Assembly: GCA_016213065.1 (NCBI GenBank)
Contig: JACRBV010000062.1
Coordinates: forward strand, 1-43,910
Source: Deltaproteobacteria bacterium
GTDB taxonomy: Bacteria; UBA10199; SPLOWO2-01-44-7
Length of the DNA: 43,910 nucleotides
Reading direction: 5' to 3'
The notes beneath the pieces are model-generated. The model made no database searches. It saw nothing but the letters and a program-made list of their open reading frames with translations, and had not been told where the DNA came from. A program made the position numbers and the translations under genes. Position 1 is the stretch's first letter; each line of letters begins with the position of its first letter. Below, one piece after another: positions 25,946 through 35,286 of this stretch.

Positions 25946-27205
25946 TCATTTAAAACTCAGCGCCAAAGAACCGGTCGTTGGGGCTGAAGAACCGCCTGAT
26001 AGAAAAAACCCGGCCAAAATCCCCCCCACAGCAATGGCCCCCAAGCCTCCAAACAAAATTCCTTTTGAAATTTTTTTGTGCCGCCGCCCTCCCAATAAAA
26101 TCGGATCGCCAACGCCCGAAGGATCAAGATAAGCCTGCGGATTTTTAAGAAGATTAAGTTCTGTCTGTGCCGTCACCAACTCCACAAGTTTATTGAGTTG
26201 GGTTTCCAAATTTTCCGTATCGTTTTTTAGAGAAATAAAAATCGGGGTATGACTCGCCTTGAATCGTCGATCCACCAGACGCGCGGCAACAAGGTCTTCC
26301 TCCACATCGACCATCAAAACCTTGTCTGTTTTTAAAAGTTCCGCAATTCGAAGTCCTTCCTCAATTTGTCGGCGTACTTTCTCTTCCTTCTTTTCTTTTT
26401 TGACTGAGTTTTTCGCATCACCCCAATACAACCTCTGGTGCAATTTTAATTTTTGTCCCGCTTTCAGTGAAAATGTTTGATCCACACTCTGATAATTATT
26501 GGCCTGAAAGCTTAAATTATAGGTTCCCTCCGGCAGTGCAGATAATTTCAAGGGAGCAACACCCTGATGAATTCCGTTTATGTAAATATCCGCGACTTTG
26601 GGATCGCTTCCAATTTCCACATCACCCGCGCCTTCTTTTCCAACTTCTTCTTTGGCCTGCTGAAATAATTTTTGAATTGATGGAGCGAAGGCTTTTGCAT
26701 CCAACTGATAGATAGGATTTAAATGGAGTGCGTTTTTAAAATGACCGATGGCTTCCGTTTTTTTCTTTTGCGCGGCATCGACCAGCGCCAGTGTAATATA
26801 ACTGTCGAAAAAAGTTTGGCCCTCTTTCAAAATCAGTTTTGGATCCGCATTAAAAATTTCAACGGCTTTTGTGAGTTCGGCGTCGGCATCCGCGTAGGCA
26901 AATTGAAAATAATGTTCCTTTGCTCGTTCCAATAATTCCTGAACCTGACTGATTTGTGGCGAACCGGATTTTTGGGAATTTTTGTAATAGGCCAGAACCG
27001 CGGCAACTTTTTCGGGATTGATCAGTGTAAGAAATTTTTTCTCGCCCAGTTTTTCTCTTAAAACTTGCGCTGTTTTGTCGCTTGCTTCATCAAAAGAACC
27101 GTTATGAACAGGTTGTATGACAATCGAAGTTGCCGCAAAGAGGAGCACCGTCTGTCGGAGAAAAAAGAAACAGGCGATCAAAAGAATATATTTCGTAAAA
27201 GACAT
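25946..27205 (-). CDS. PEGA-domain protein with TPR-like region and C-terminal TM anchor
   Basis: PEGA pattern (ADIYINGIHQGVAPLKLSALPEGTYNLSF), N-terminal signal from ATG 27205, and a Gly-rich TM helix near the C-terminus. Confidence 0.65.
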   Translation of the reverse strand: MSFTKYILLIACFFFLRQTVLLFAATSIVIQPVHNGSFDEASDKTAQVLREKLGEKKFLTLINPEKVAAVLAYYKNSQKSGSPQISQVQELLERAKEHYFQFAYADADAELTKAVEIFNADPKLILKEGQTFFDSYITLALVDAAQKKKTEAIGHFKNALHLNPIYQLDAKAFAPSIQKLFQQAKEEVGKEGAGDVEIGSDPKVADIYINGIHQGVAPLKLSALPEGTYNLSFQANNYQSVDQTFSLKAGQKLKLHQRLYWGDAKNSVKKEKKEEKVRRQIEEGLRIAELLKTDKVLMVDVEEDLVAARLVDRRFKASHTPIFISLKNDTENLETQLNKLVELVTAQTELNLLKNPQAYLDPSGVGDPILLGGRRHKKISKGILFGGLGAIAVGGILAGFFLSGGSSAPTTGSLALSFK

Positions 27206-27344
27206 ATCCCTTGGCAAAAGCAGGAATCGTGCCAAGAAGATAAAAGTTGAAATGCGCGGAAAGATTAAAGAAAATTTTTTGCTTTTTACTGGAGTGGTTG
27301 AAAATGGAACAGGCTGTGCGAAAAAGGAAACATTTAAAATTTCA

Positions 27345-27739
27345 AAAATGCGGGATCTGTAAGCCGGGTTCTGTATCCGTCACGTTACCGCGGTGGATGA
27401 TGATCATTCCTCTAGGCCATCTGTTACCAGATGGCTCAAGCAGTCTACCCGTTCTGCCATCTTTCACAGCTTAAGCGACATGAAAGAATTGGCCGGACCA
27501 GCTCATAAGCAGAACCTATTTGACCTTGCTCCCCGTGGAGTTTGCCGCGTTTCACCCTTCGTCTGCCCGAAAGCAAACGAAGACTCGTCTCTGTGACACT
27601 ATTCCTGAGTTACATATGGTACCTGGTACTATATGTAACGCGATGGGCGTTACCCACCATGGTGTCCTTTGGAGCCCGGACTTTCCTCTCTCCGCCAACT
27701 TTTCTGTGGCGAACAGCGATCATCCGATCCCGCATTTTT
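27345..27739 (-). ncRNA. rnpB: RNase P RNA, bacterial type A
   Basis: On the minus strand: GAGGAAAGUCCGGGCUCCA (complement of 27665-27690), AGCAAGGUCAAAUAGG, and ACAGAACCCGGCUUACA. P1 is formed by AAAUGCGGGAUC at both ends. Confidence 0.92.
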
Positions 27740-27810
27740 GAAATTTCAAAGAACCTTTTATAGGGGCTTGCGTCGCCCCCTCACGCGAGCAAAGCTCGCT
27801 GAGGGGACAC

Positions 27811-28218
27811 CTACCTAAAATGAGCATCAATCGCCTCGTTTGCCAGTCGATCAGCCTCACTGTTTTTTTCGCGTGGAATATGCTCTAAAGTGTACTTCTT
27901 AAATTTGGAAAGGGTCAAGATAACTTTTCTAAAGAGGGGTTTTAGTCCCTCATTTTTGACTTTATATTCTCCCTTGAGTTGGCGAACCATCAATTCCGAA
28001 TCGGCCTGCAAAAGAAGTTCTTTGGCGCCGAGCCCATGAGCATCTTCCAATGCCAAAATGAGAGCACCATATTCCGCCTGATTGTTGGTCAACTCACCCA
28101 GATATTTTTTATTTTCAAGAGCGATTTTCCCGTGAGCATTGATAATAACCCATCCCGCACCGGCCGGACCCGGGTTACCTCTTGCCGCTCCATCGGTGTA
28201 AATGGTCCAGATTGCCAC
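27811..28218 (-). CDS. rnhA: Ribonuclease HI
   Basis: DEDD residues in IYTDGAARGNPGPAG, NNQAEY, ADSEL and EADRLAN. 135 aa. Confidence 0.9.
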   Translation of the reverse strand: MAIWTIYTDGAARGNPGPAGAGWVIINAHGKIALENKKYLGELTNNQAEYGALILALEDAHGLGAKELLLQADSELMVRQLKGEYKVKNEGLKPLFRKVILTLSKFKKYTLEHIPREKNSEADRLANEAIDAHFR

Positions 28219-28227
28219 GGTGTTGAA

Positions 28228-28545
28228 TTATCCGAGAAGTGTTTTGTTTTTGTCAATCAGACCAAACGCGGTCAGCAAAGTTTTTTCTTCGCCTGGCGAA
28301 AGGTAAGAAATAATAGTTTTGGTTTCTTTGGTGAGACTCCGGTCTTTCTGGGCATTATATTGACCTGCGGATTCCTGATCTGCTTCGCGACGGAGCACTT
28401 CACCCAATTCTCTCAATCCCGCGCGAACTTCTTCTACCGCCACGCCTTCCGCGAGCGATTTTTCCACTGCCGGGAATTCTTCATTCTCGGCCAAAAAGAA
28501 AAGTAGCTCGGCCAGTGTTTCTTTCGGCATTGATTTGATTTCCAT
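28228..28545 (-). CDS. Hypothetical acidic protein (105 aa)
   Basis: Compact spacing within the operon. The only recognisable string is YLSPGEEKTLLTAFGL, which is reminiscent of sigma-70 region 4.2. Confidence 0.5.
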   Translation of the reverse strand: MEIKSMPKETLAELLFFLAENEEFPAVEKSLAEGVAVEEVRAGLRELGEVLRREADQESAGQYNAQKDRSLTKETKTIISYLSPGEEKTLLTAFGLIDKNKTLLG

Positions 28546-28562
28546 AAATTTCCTTCTTTCCC

Positions 28563-29294
28563 TTAAGATGTTTTCTCAACTTCCATTTCAACGTAAATCA
28601 GGCGGTGGCAATTGGGACAACTTCTGAGATCTTTCATCTTGAGCATCTCGTTATAAAATTGCGGCGGGATATTCATATTGCAACCGTAACAAACTCCTTT
28701 TTTTACCGCCGCCACCGCATCCCCAAAACGCTTTCTTACCGTATCATACTTCTTTACGATTTCCGCCGGCAACTCTTTTAACAGAACCGGTCGTCTTTTT
28801 TCCTTTTCTTCTTTTTCCGCCATCATCACTTGCTGTCTGTTTTTCAACTCGGTTTCGATTTGTCTAAACCCACCTTCTTTATCGGCAATCTCCGATTTTA
28901 GTTGCGTGATTTCTTGAGAAATCTTTTCAGACTGCTCCATAATCGACAAAACCCGTTCCTCGCGGTCTTTATTTTCTTTTTTCATCTGGGCGATCTCTTT
29001 GAGGGTGGCTTGGTATTCTTTTTGGGTTTTAATGGCGTAAAGGCGTTTTTCACGGTCTTGAATCTGAAGCACCACGTCTTTGGTCTGAGTTTCCAGACCG
29101 AGGCGTTCTTCAGTCAAGTTATTGGAAAGATTGTCTTTTTCTTGAAGTGCTGTGGTCAAAGCAAAATATTCAGCGCCGCTCAAAGCTAACTGCTCCGGAA
29201 TGGTCTGCAATTCCAACTCAACCAGCCGAATTCGTTTATCTATTTCTTGAAGTTCCCGGAGCTGAGGCAGACAGTCTTTGAAATCGATCGCCAT
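28563..29294 (-). CDS. COG1579-type coiled-coil protein with C-terminal C4 zinc ribbon
   Basis: Long heptad-rich coiled coil, then CYGCNMNIP...CPNCHRLIY. Confidence 0.8.
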   Translation of the reverse strand: MAIDFKDCLPQLRELQEIDKRIRLVELELQTIPEQLALSGAEYFALTTALQEKDNLSNNLTEERLGLETQTKDVVLQIQDREKRLYAIKTQKEYQATLKEIAQMKKENKDREERVLSIMEQSEKISQEITQLKSEIADKEGGFRQIETELKNRQQVMMAEKEEKEKRRPVLLKELPAEIVKKYDTVRKRFGDAVAAVKKGVCYGCNMNIPPQFYNEMLKMKDLRSCPNCHRLIYVEMEVEKTS

Positions 29295-29328
29295 GGTGGG
29301 GAGTCTTTAAGACCTTTATATATAGATG

Positions 29329-29739
29329 TCAAATGTTGTTCTTGGAAATCCACTTTTCAATCATCGCGATCAGGTCTTCACTGCGAAAGGGTTTGGCAAG
29401 ATAATCATCGGCCCCTGTTTCAAAGGCTCTTTTTTTGTCTTCTTCACCGGCCCGTGCCGTTAAAAAAATAACGGGAATTTTTTTGAGTTTTTCGTCAGCC
29501 TTGATTCTTTCTGTGGCGGCATAGCCATCCATCACGGGCATCATCACATCCATAAGGATCAGATCAATGTGCGTAATTTCCAAGAGTTGCAGGGCTTCAA
29601 GACCATTTTCAGCATAAGCGACATCATAACCCAAAAACTCAAGACGGGCCCTGATTGTCTCCGCCAGAAAAAATTCATCTTCAACAATCAAAATTGTTTT
29701 ATCAAGTTTGTTTTTCATATTGAATTTTTGAACGGTCAT
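29329..29739 (-). CDS. Single-domain response regulator (CheY-like receiver)
   Basis: ILIVEDE, LILMDVMMP and PVIFLTA..........KP motifs. The alternative start is 29718. ATG 29739 lies inside repeat unit GTCAT. Confidence 0.9.
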   Translation of the reverse strand: MTVQKFNMKNKLDKTILIVEDEFFLAETIRARLEFLGYDVAYAENGLEALQLLEITHIDLILMDVMMPVMDGYAATERIKADEKLKKIPVIFLTARAGEEDKKRAFETGADDYLAKPFRSEDLIAMIEKWISKNNI

Positions 29740-29804
29740 TCCCGCGAAGGCGGGAATCCAGCCCGTTTTAATAGCGACTGGATCCCCGCTTTCGCGGGGA
29801 TGAC
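29735..29804. repeat. Two inverted 27-nt hairpin units of the repeat family
   Basis: GTCATTCCCGCGAAGGCGGGAATCCAG (29735-61) and CTGGATCCCCGCTTTCGCGGGGATGAC (29778-804). Confidence 0.85.
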
Positions 29805-29824
29805 ATTATTAAAAGCAAAGGTAC

Positions 29825-31291
29825 CTATAATGTGTCCGTTTCTTCCTGAAATTGGCGCATCGTAAAATGGAATTGAGTTCCTTTTCCCGTTTGGCTTGAC
29901 GCCCAAATTCGCCCTCCATGGCGGTCAACAATCTCTTTACAAATGGCTAATCCCAAACCGGTTCCCTTGTAACCCTCGCCTCCCATGGGGCGGTTAAATT
30001 GCACGAATTTGCCGAAAAGTTCTTTTGCCCTATCTTCGGGAATGCCGATACCGTCATCGGAAATGATTACTTCAACGTCCTGACCGGTGGCTTTTGCCTC
30101 AACGGAAATTTTTGTTTTCGCGAAACGCAGGGCGTTATCGAGCAGATTATTCATCACCTGAACAATCATGTCGGCATCCGCGTAAATGGGAGGAAGATTT
30201 TTCGCAAAATTTCCCTCCAAAATAAAATGGTGTTTTTTGGTTCTCATCTGAAAATTTTGCAAAACTTCTTGCAACAGAGGGACGGCATCCACGCGTCTTT
30301 TATGGATTTTCGCCACCCCTGATTCCAACCGTGAAATTTCCAGAAGATCATTAATAATTCTCACGAGCCGGTCGGCATTGCGATCGGCAATTTCCACCAC
30401 GCGACTCTGTTTTTCATTAAGGTCTCCGCTTATCCCGTCCTTCAGATTTTCAATGGCGCTTTTGATCGTGGTCAAAGGAGTTCTTAATTCATGGGAAACG
30501 GTACTGACAAACTCGTCTTTGATCCGATCCATCTCTTCGCGCTCACTCATTTCTCTTTTGAGATTTTCCAGTTTTTGAAGCGCGGTAACGTCGCGAATGG
30601 AGGCAAGTTGAGCCGGTTTCTTTTCCCATTCAATCTGTGAAACACGCATTTGCACATTTTTTGTGTCACCATTTTTTAGAATAATTTCCAGCTTGGCAAG
30701 AGGGTTTGTCGTCAAGGTCATGGGAAACGGTTTTCCAACAATATCTTCCGGATGTTGTTCAAAAAGAAATTGGTAGGCCGGATTCACAAAACGGACAATC
30801 CCGTCTTTGTCAATCACCGCCATCGCATCGGCATTTTTGTCGATGATTTTGAAAAAACGATCTTCTGAAGACTGCTCGAGGCGAGACAAAAGATGGCCCC
30901 GTTCAATGGCGTAGCGAATGGAACGGACCAAAAGCCCCGCATCAATAGAACCTTTCACCAGATAATCCTGAGCACCGTGACTTAAGGACTCAAGTGCAAC
31001 ATATTCATCATCCACACAGGTTAATACCACCACGGGAACTGATGGCGAAACATCACGGACACGCAAAACGGCATCAAAGCCCTCGACCTCAGGCAGAAGC
31101 AGATCGAGAATAACAACATCAATGGGTTCACTTTTTAGAATTTTCAAACCTTCTTTTAGTTTTTTGGCACACTGGACCTGAAAATGAATGGAACCGGCAC
31201 GAACTTCATTGAAACTTTCCTGAATTGAAAAGGCATCATCGGGATCATCTTCAATCAACAAAACTTTGGTAAAACCCTCTTTCATCCACAC
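29825..31291 (-). CDS. Hybrid receiver-PAS-histidine kinase
   Basis: N-terminal REC (VLLIEDDPDD ... ILDLLLP), PAS, H-box SHELRTPL, N/G1/G2 boxes (NLLDNALRF, DDGIGI, GTGLGLAI). Confidence 0.88.
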   Translation of the reverse strand: MWMKEGFTKVLLIEDDPDDAFSIQESFNEVRAGSIHFQVQCAKKLKEGLKILKSEPIDVVILDLLLPEVEGFDAVLRVRDVSPSVPVVVLTCVDDEYVALESLSHGAQDYLVKGSIDAGLLVRSIRYAIERGHLLSRLEQSSEDRFFKIIDKNADAMAVIDKDGIVRFVNPAYQFLFEQHPEDIVGKPFPMTLTTNPLAKLEIILKNGDTKNVQMRVSQIEWEKKPAQLASIRDVTALQKLENLKREMSEREEMDRIKDEFVSTVSHELRTPLTTIKSAIENLKDGISGDLNEKQSRVVEIADRNADRLVRIINDLLEISRLESGVAKIHKRRVDAVPLLQEVLQNFQMRTKKHHFILEGNFAKNLPPIYADADMIVQVMNNLLDNALRFAKTKISVEAKATGQDVEVIISDDGIGIPEDRAKELFGKFVQFNRPMGGEGYKGTGLGLAICKEIVDRHGGRIWASSQTGKGTQFHFTMRQFQEETDTL

Positions 31292-31306
31292 CTCTTTATG
31301 AAATCA

Positions 31307-33256
31307 TTATCCGATTGGCAACGTTATAATCACTGAAGAACCGCGATTCGGCGCGCTTTTTAATACAATCTGTCCTCCATGATGCGTGACAATTTTCCGG
31401 CACATCGCAAAATTCCACGCCACATCTTCATATCCACCCTTGTAATGTATAGGTTCAAAAGGGTGAAAAAGTTTTTCGATATATTTCTCATCAACACCCA
31501 TTCCATCATCCTCCACGCGAATTTGGACCGATCCATTCTGAAGCAGTGTGCTTTGAATGTTGATATTAAAATTTTGTCCCTTTTTGGCAAAGTGAAGTGC
31601 GTTTAGAATCAGAGTCTGAAATAACTGACGCATCCGAACGGCGTCTGCTTTTAAAACGGGAAGGGGACCAATGACAACACGGCTTTTGGATCGCGACAAA
31701 TGCATTTCCAAACCCGAAACGGTTTCTTGCACAATTTTTTCAAGATTCACCGGCGTAAAAGACTCCGTCCGTGTGGAAATTTTTGAAAAAACAGTCAACT
31801 TCTCGAGTGTTTTTTCGAGTTGGAAGGCAGAATTGCAAAGACGATCCAGATAATCGCGATTCGTTTCATCCATATCGGAAGCATGGCTTTGTAAATGACG
31901 GCCAAAGGTGGCGATTTTTGTGACCAATTCATAAAAATGATGGGGGACCGCGTATTCCGCCTCCTTGGATGGAGTGAAACTTTTTTCCACCGTTAACGCA
32001 CCAACAACCACGCCGCTAGCATTTTTGATCGGTGAGGAGGTCAGAGCAACGTCAATGATTCTTCCGTCTTTTCGGGCATGACGCGTTTCATAATGGTCCA
32101 CAACTATACCATAACCGATTTTGTTGAGAATGCGCCCCGTCTCCCTCTCTTTATTTTCCGGCACAAGCATGGAAATATTGTGTCCCACTGTTTCATACGC
32201 CGTGTATCCGTAAAGTTTCTCGGCGCCGGCATTCCAGCTGACAATGGTTCCGTCGAGCGTTTCGGTGATAATGGCATCATCGGAAGATTTCAAAATAGAG
32301 TTGAGATGTTTCAGCGCCATCTCCTTTTTTTCAATCAAGGTGTGAGTCGTAAAGAAAAGAAGAAGGGTCAAACAAAGACCCACTCCAAGAATGTAATAGG
32401 GTCTATTCGGATTAACCAACGCATGGAAAGCGGGAAGAGAGTGAAAGGAAAGTGCCCAAAAATGGTCTCCAACTTTTATTGTTGATTCCTCTTTCAACAA
32501 AGAACCATCTTCTCCGGAAAATGTTGAAAACAATAGGGACTCCGGATTGGGTTCGAGTCCGTCATAAACAGCAAGCATCATATTCGATTTTTCAGGAGCC
32601 GCAATATCCTGCAAAAATTTTTCAGCAACAAATAGGCCATAAACCCAACCCCGCAGAGAATTCCTTCTTTCAAAAACCGTTAATTCCTGTACGGCAACAC
32701 CGGATTGGTATATCGGCATGAGCTGATAAAAACCGGCTTTCAGATTTTTTTCATGGCGCACCATAATTTTTGAAGAGAGGGCGTGCCGTCCCGTATCACG
32801 GCTCACTTCCGCGGCCTGTCGCATCATGGAATCCGGAAAATGAGCGCGACCGCTTTCGATATACTCCACAGCTTTAAGCTCCGGAAAATTTTCTTTCAAA
32901 GCCAATATGCGCACATAGCGTTGCCAGCTATTGTGATTAATGGAGTAACCTTGTTCAAAGAAAGCTTTTGTGCTGACCAGAATTTTTTCGTAGGATTCGA
33001 TCCGCGCGGTGATTTTTTCTTTTATTTGATTGGTTTGTTCACGAAACAGATTTTGCGTTCTCTCTTTCGTAAAAATACTCGCATCAATAAAACCCCACGC
33101 CGTCACAGCCAAAATGAGAAAAGCAATAATCCACGGCACCAAGAGAGTCCTCTTTTGAACTTCTCTTTCAACCTGTCTAAAAAATCTGGGCAATGTCATG
33201 CCTCCCTTGCGCACACTAGCCCCCTCGAGAAGATTATGTAGCAATCTATATGCCAA
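31307..33256 (-). CDS. Sensor kinase with periplasmic CHASE-like domain, PAS and a divergent HATPase domain
   Basis: Two TM helices flank a ~230-aa extracytoplasmic domain. A PAS domain follows (DAIITETLDGTIVSWNAGAEKLYGY). The C-terminal ATPase domain (EDDGMGV) has degenerate G2 and H boxes. Confidence 0.75.
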   Translation of the reverse strand: MAYRLLHNLLEGASVRKGGMTLPRFFRQVEREVQKRTLLVPWIIAFLILAVTAWGFIDASIFTKERTQNLFREQTNQIKEKITARIESYEKILVSTKAFFEQGYSINHNSWQRYVRILALKENFPELKAVEYIESGRAHFPDSMMRQAAEVSRDTGRHALSSKIMVRHEKNLKAGFYQLMPIYQSGVAVQELTVFERRNSLRGWVYGLFVAEKFLQDIAAPEKSNMMLAVYDGLEPNPESLLFSTFSGEDGSLLKEESTIKVGDHFWALSFHSLPAFHALVNPNRPYYILGVGLCLTLLLFFTTHTLIEKKEMALKHLNSILKSSDDAIITETLDGTIVSWNAGAEKLYGYTAYETVGHNISMLVPENKERETGRILNKIGYGIVVDHYETRHARKDGRIIDVALTSSPIKNASGVVVGALTVEKSFTPSKEAEYAVPHHFYELVTKIATFGRHLQSHASDMDETNRDYLDRLCNSAFQLEKTLEKLTVFSKISTRTESFTPVNLEKIVQETVSGLEMHLSRSKSRVVIGPLPVLKADAVRMRQLFQTLILNALHFAKKGQNFNINIQSTLLQNGSVQIRVEDDGMGVDEKYIEKLFHPFEPIHYKGGYEDVAWNFAMCRKIVTHHGGQIVLKSAPNRGSSVIITLPIG

Positions 33257-33397
33257 AAAATCCTGTTATTCCGCGTGCTTTTCCGATTCGGCCAATTTGA
33301 AAAACCTGTCTTAACCGATACTTATCAGTTTATGGAATGCGTCTGTTTTTTGACACGTCCCCAAAAGGGTAGAAATCAACTTTTTTTCGTCAAAAAA

Positions 33398-34225
33398 ATG
33401 ACGTATGGGGAAATGATGAAATTTTTGTTTGTGGAAATTTTGTTGTTTTTTCTCAGCGTCACAACTTTTGCGACAGAGGAAGGGCGTTTTTTTTATCATG
33501 GCAATGGAAAACTAAAAATCAGTAACGCGTCAAAACTTCGCGGTCTCTCGCCAAGATTAATTGCCCTTATCGATTATTTGCAGGAACAACTCTCTTACGG
33601 AAAAGGAACTGTTAAAATTTTGTCGGGATATAGAAGCCCGCAATACAATGAAAATCTGCGCAAACAGGGAAGGCTGGCGGGAAAAGCGAGTCTTCATTTG
33701 GAAGGCATGGCGGCTGATTTTGTCATGGAGGGAGTAAGCGCCAAAAAAATGTGGGAATATGCACGGCAATTAAATTGTTGCGGGGTTGGTTTTTATCACG
33801 GCAATGCAATTCATCTCGATACCGGGCCTCCGCGTTTCTGGGATGAAACAACTTCCAAAGTTTATACCGATATTTCAACACACAATAAACAGATTTATGC
33901 CGTAACCCGTTACGATATTTATCATCCGGGAGAAAATTTGACTTTTCAGATTGTCCGCGCCACCGAATATCCCTTTGGAATTAAAAATGAAGTGCGGATT
34001 ATGAATGATGGGAATGAATGGAAAAAAGTCAATTTGGAAAACAAGGAGGATTGTATTGTAGTGCATAACCGTGAAGAGGCACAACAGTTTACCATTCCTA
34101 TATTGCAACTGTTGGATGGCGGAGCCCAACAACTTAGCATCCAAATAAGTTTCTGCAATAAACCCTCGGATGAAATGCCGGATCAGATATTGTCCAACCC
34201 TTTTGTGATTGTTACACAAGAATAA
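33398..34225 (+). CDS. DUF882/YcbK-like peptidase M15 family protein with extra C-terminal domain
   Basis: SGYRSP.YN, HL.G.A.D and IHLD metal-ligand pattern, plus a signal peptide. The exact start is uncertain (33398, 33413 or 33416). Confidence 0.75.
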   Translation: MTYGEMMKFLFVEILLFFLSVTTFATEEGRFFYHGNGKLKISNASKLRGLSPRLIALIDYLQEQLSYGKGTVKILSGYRSPQYNENLRKQGRLAGKASLHLEGMAADFVMEGVSAKKMWEYARQLNCCGVGFYHGNAIHLDTGPPRFWDETTSKVYTDISTHNKQIYAVTRYDIYHPGENLTFQIVRATEYPFGIKNEVRIMNDGNEWKKVNLENKEDCIVVHNREEAQQFTIPILQLLDGGAQQLSIQISFCNKPSDEMPDQILSNPFVIVTQE

Positions 34226-34250
34226 AAATGTTAGCCGTGCTAGAGCCTGT

Positions 34251-34373
34251 TGAAAAATATCATTCCCGCGAAGCTTGTCCCTGCAGGTAGTAGGCAGGGA
34301 GCCGGAATCCAGTAATGAATCGCTGGATCCCTGCCTTCGCAGGGATGACAAAAAATACATTTTTCAGCACTCC
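34251..34373. repeat. MITE-like copy with nested hairpin and truncated left TIR
   Basis: TGAAAAATATCATTCCCGCGAAG[CTTGTCCCTGCAGGTAGTAGGCAGGGAG]CCGGAATCCAG ... CTGGATCCCTGCCTTCGCAGGGATGAC ... CATTTTTCAGCACTCC. This is a near-copy of 40609-40743. Confidence 0.8.
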
Positions 34374-34392
34374 CTTTAGCAACACGGCAAGC

Positions 34393-34465
34393 GGGCCCTT
34401 AGCTCAGCGGTCAGAGCGGTCGGCTCATAACCGATTGGTCCCAGGTTCAAATCCTGGAGGGCCCA
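34393..34465 (+). tRNA. tRNA with anticodon CAT, elongator type; resembles tRNA-Ile2 (lysidine) more than tRNA-Met
   Basis: 73-nt cloverleaf: GGGCCCT/AGGGCCC acceptor, loop CUCAUAA, variable TGGTC. It lacks the initiator features (1:72 mismatch, GGG/CCC stem). Its similarity to E. coli ileX is from memory. Confidence 0.88.
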
Positions 34466-34468
34466 CAG

Positions 34469-34504
34469 GAAAAATGGCCGACCGAGAGGGAGGCCATTTT
34501 TCTT
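34469..34504 (+). terminator. Hairpin terminator after the tRNA
   Basis: GAAAAATGGCC-12 nt loop-GGCCATTTTTC followed by TT. The A/T tracts are symmetric, so it could act bidirectionally. Confidence 0.6.
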
Positions 34505-34556
34505 CCTCCGTTTTCCATTCTCTATTTTCAACTTTTCGTCTTGACCGCCAAATGCT

Positions 34557-35279
34557 TTGCTAGTAGCGAAATTCGAGGCTCTTGCTTTTAATCCGAGCCA
34601 GTACATTTTGGAACCTGGGAGGCAGGATGTTCAACCATTAGCGATTGCCCCCGCGTGGGGAGACAACCAATTAGAAGAAACGGCAAATTTGTTGGCGCAG
34701 ATTCGTAGCTTGCTACAAGAAATTGGAGTGTCTGTTATTCCCGGCGCCAATGATGTGGTGGACTTTTATGAATTTTTATTTGGAAAGGATTATTTGTCTG
34801 GGCGTGAATTAACACCTTTTGAACGTTCCTTTTCCGCAGTGGGTTTGGTGATTGGTAGTGGACATGGGTTTAGAAAAGGAGGCGAGAAAGTAAAAAAGCT
34901 GATACAGGAAGGAATAAAACGAGGAACCCTCAAAGAAGGGGCGGGAAGGGGGGCAACGCAAGCGTTGGAACGAGGACTGGAGGGACTAAAACCGAAATAT
35001 ACGGTTAGATCCGCGGCACATGTGGAGCCAAATCATGTAAATCTAAACCGAGAAAAAAGAAGATCAAAATTCTTACCTGAGGAAGGTGGTCAAGCTTTTG
35101 TGGATGAAGTAGCAGAAAAGGCTTGGAAGCAGGGAAATGTTACCATTCAACCTCAGGATGGACGGATTCGTTTCGATGCAAATTTAGGCAGAACGGTTGG
35201 AACTCGCGGCGAAACAAGAGGGCGGGTTATTCTTGATCCTAGTTCGGGTGAAGTTATTACTCAGTTTCCTCAGAAATGA
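34557..35279 (+). CDS. Polymorphic-toxin C-terminal cassette: pre-toxin TG (PT-TG)-like domain plus ~95-aa unassigned toxin domain; no delivery domain, no convincing start
   Basis: VIPGANDVVDFYEFLFGKDYLSGRELTPFERSFSAVGLVIGSG fits the PT-TG pattern. There is a basic linker, and the C-terminus ends GRVILDPSSGEVITQFPQK. The only in-frame start is a TTG without an SD. Confidence 0.55.
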   Translation: MLVAKFEALAFNPSQYILEPGRQDVQPLAIAPAWGDNQLEETANLLAQIRSLLQEIGVSVIPGANDVVDFYEFLFGKDYLSGRELTPFERSFSAVGLVIGSGHGFRKGGEKVKKLIQEGIKRGTLKEGAGRGATQALERGLEGLKPKYTVRSAAHVEPNHVNLNREKRRSKFLPEEGGQAFVDEVAEKAWKQGNVTIQPQDGRIRFDANLGRTVGTRGETRGRVILDPSSGEVITQFPQK

Positions 35280-35286
35280 AATTTTT

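Noticed and set aside
27247-27763. Small + strand ORFs (27247-27474, 27393-27596, 27520-27741 and 27542-27763).
   Set aside because: They lie within or antisense to the RNase P RNA gene.
27777-27806. The hairpin CCCCTCACGCGAGC-AAA-GCTCGCTGAGGGG between rnhA and rnpB as an intrinsic terminator.
   Set aside because: No U-tract follows on the transcribed (minus) strand. It may be a processing or stability element, but support is insufficient to list it as a terminator.
34376-34606. The 76-aa minus-strand ORF.
   Set aside because: It is antisense to tRNA(CAT) and its terminator.
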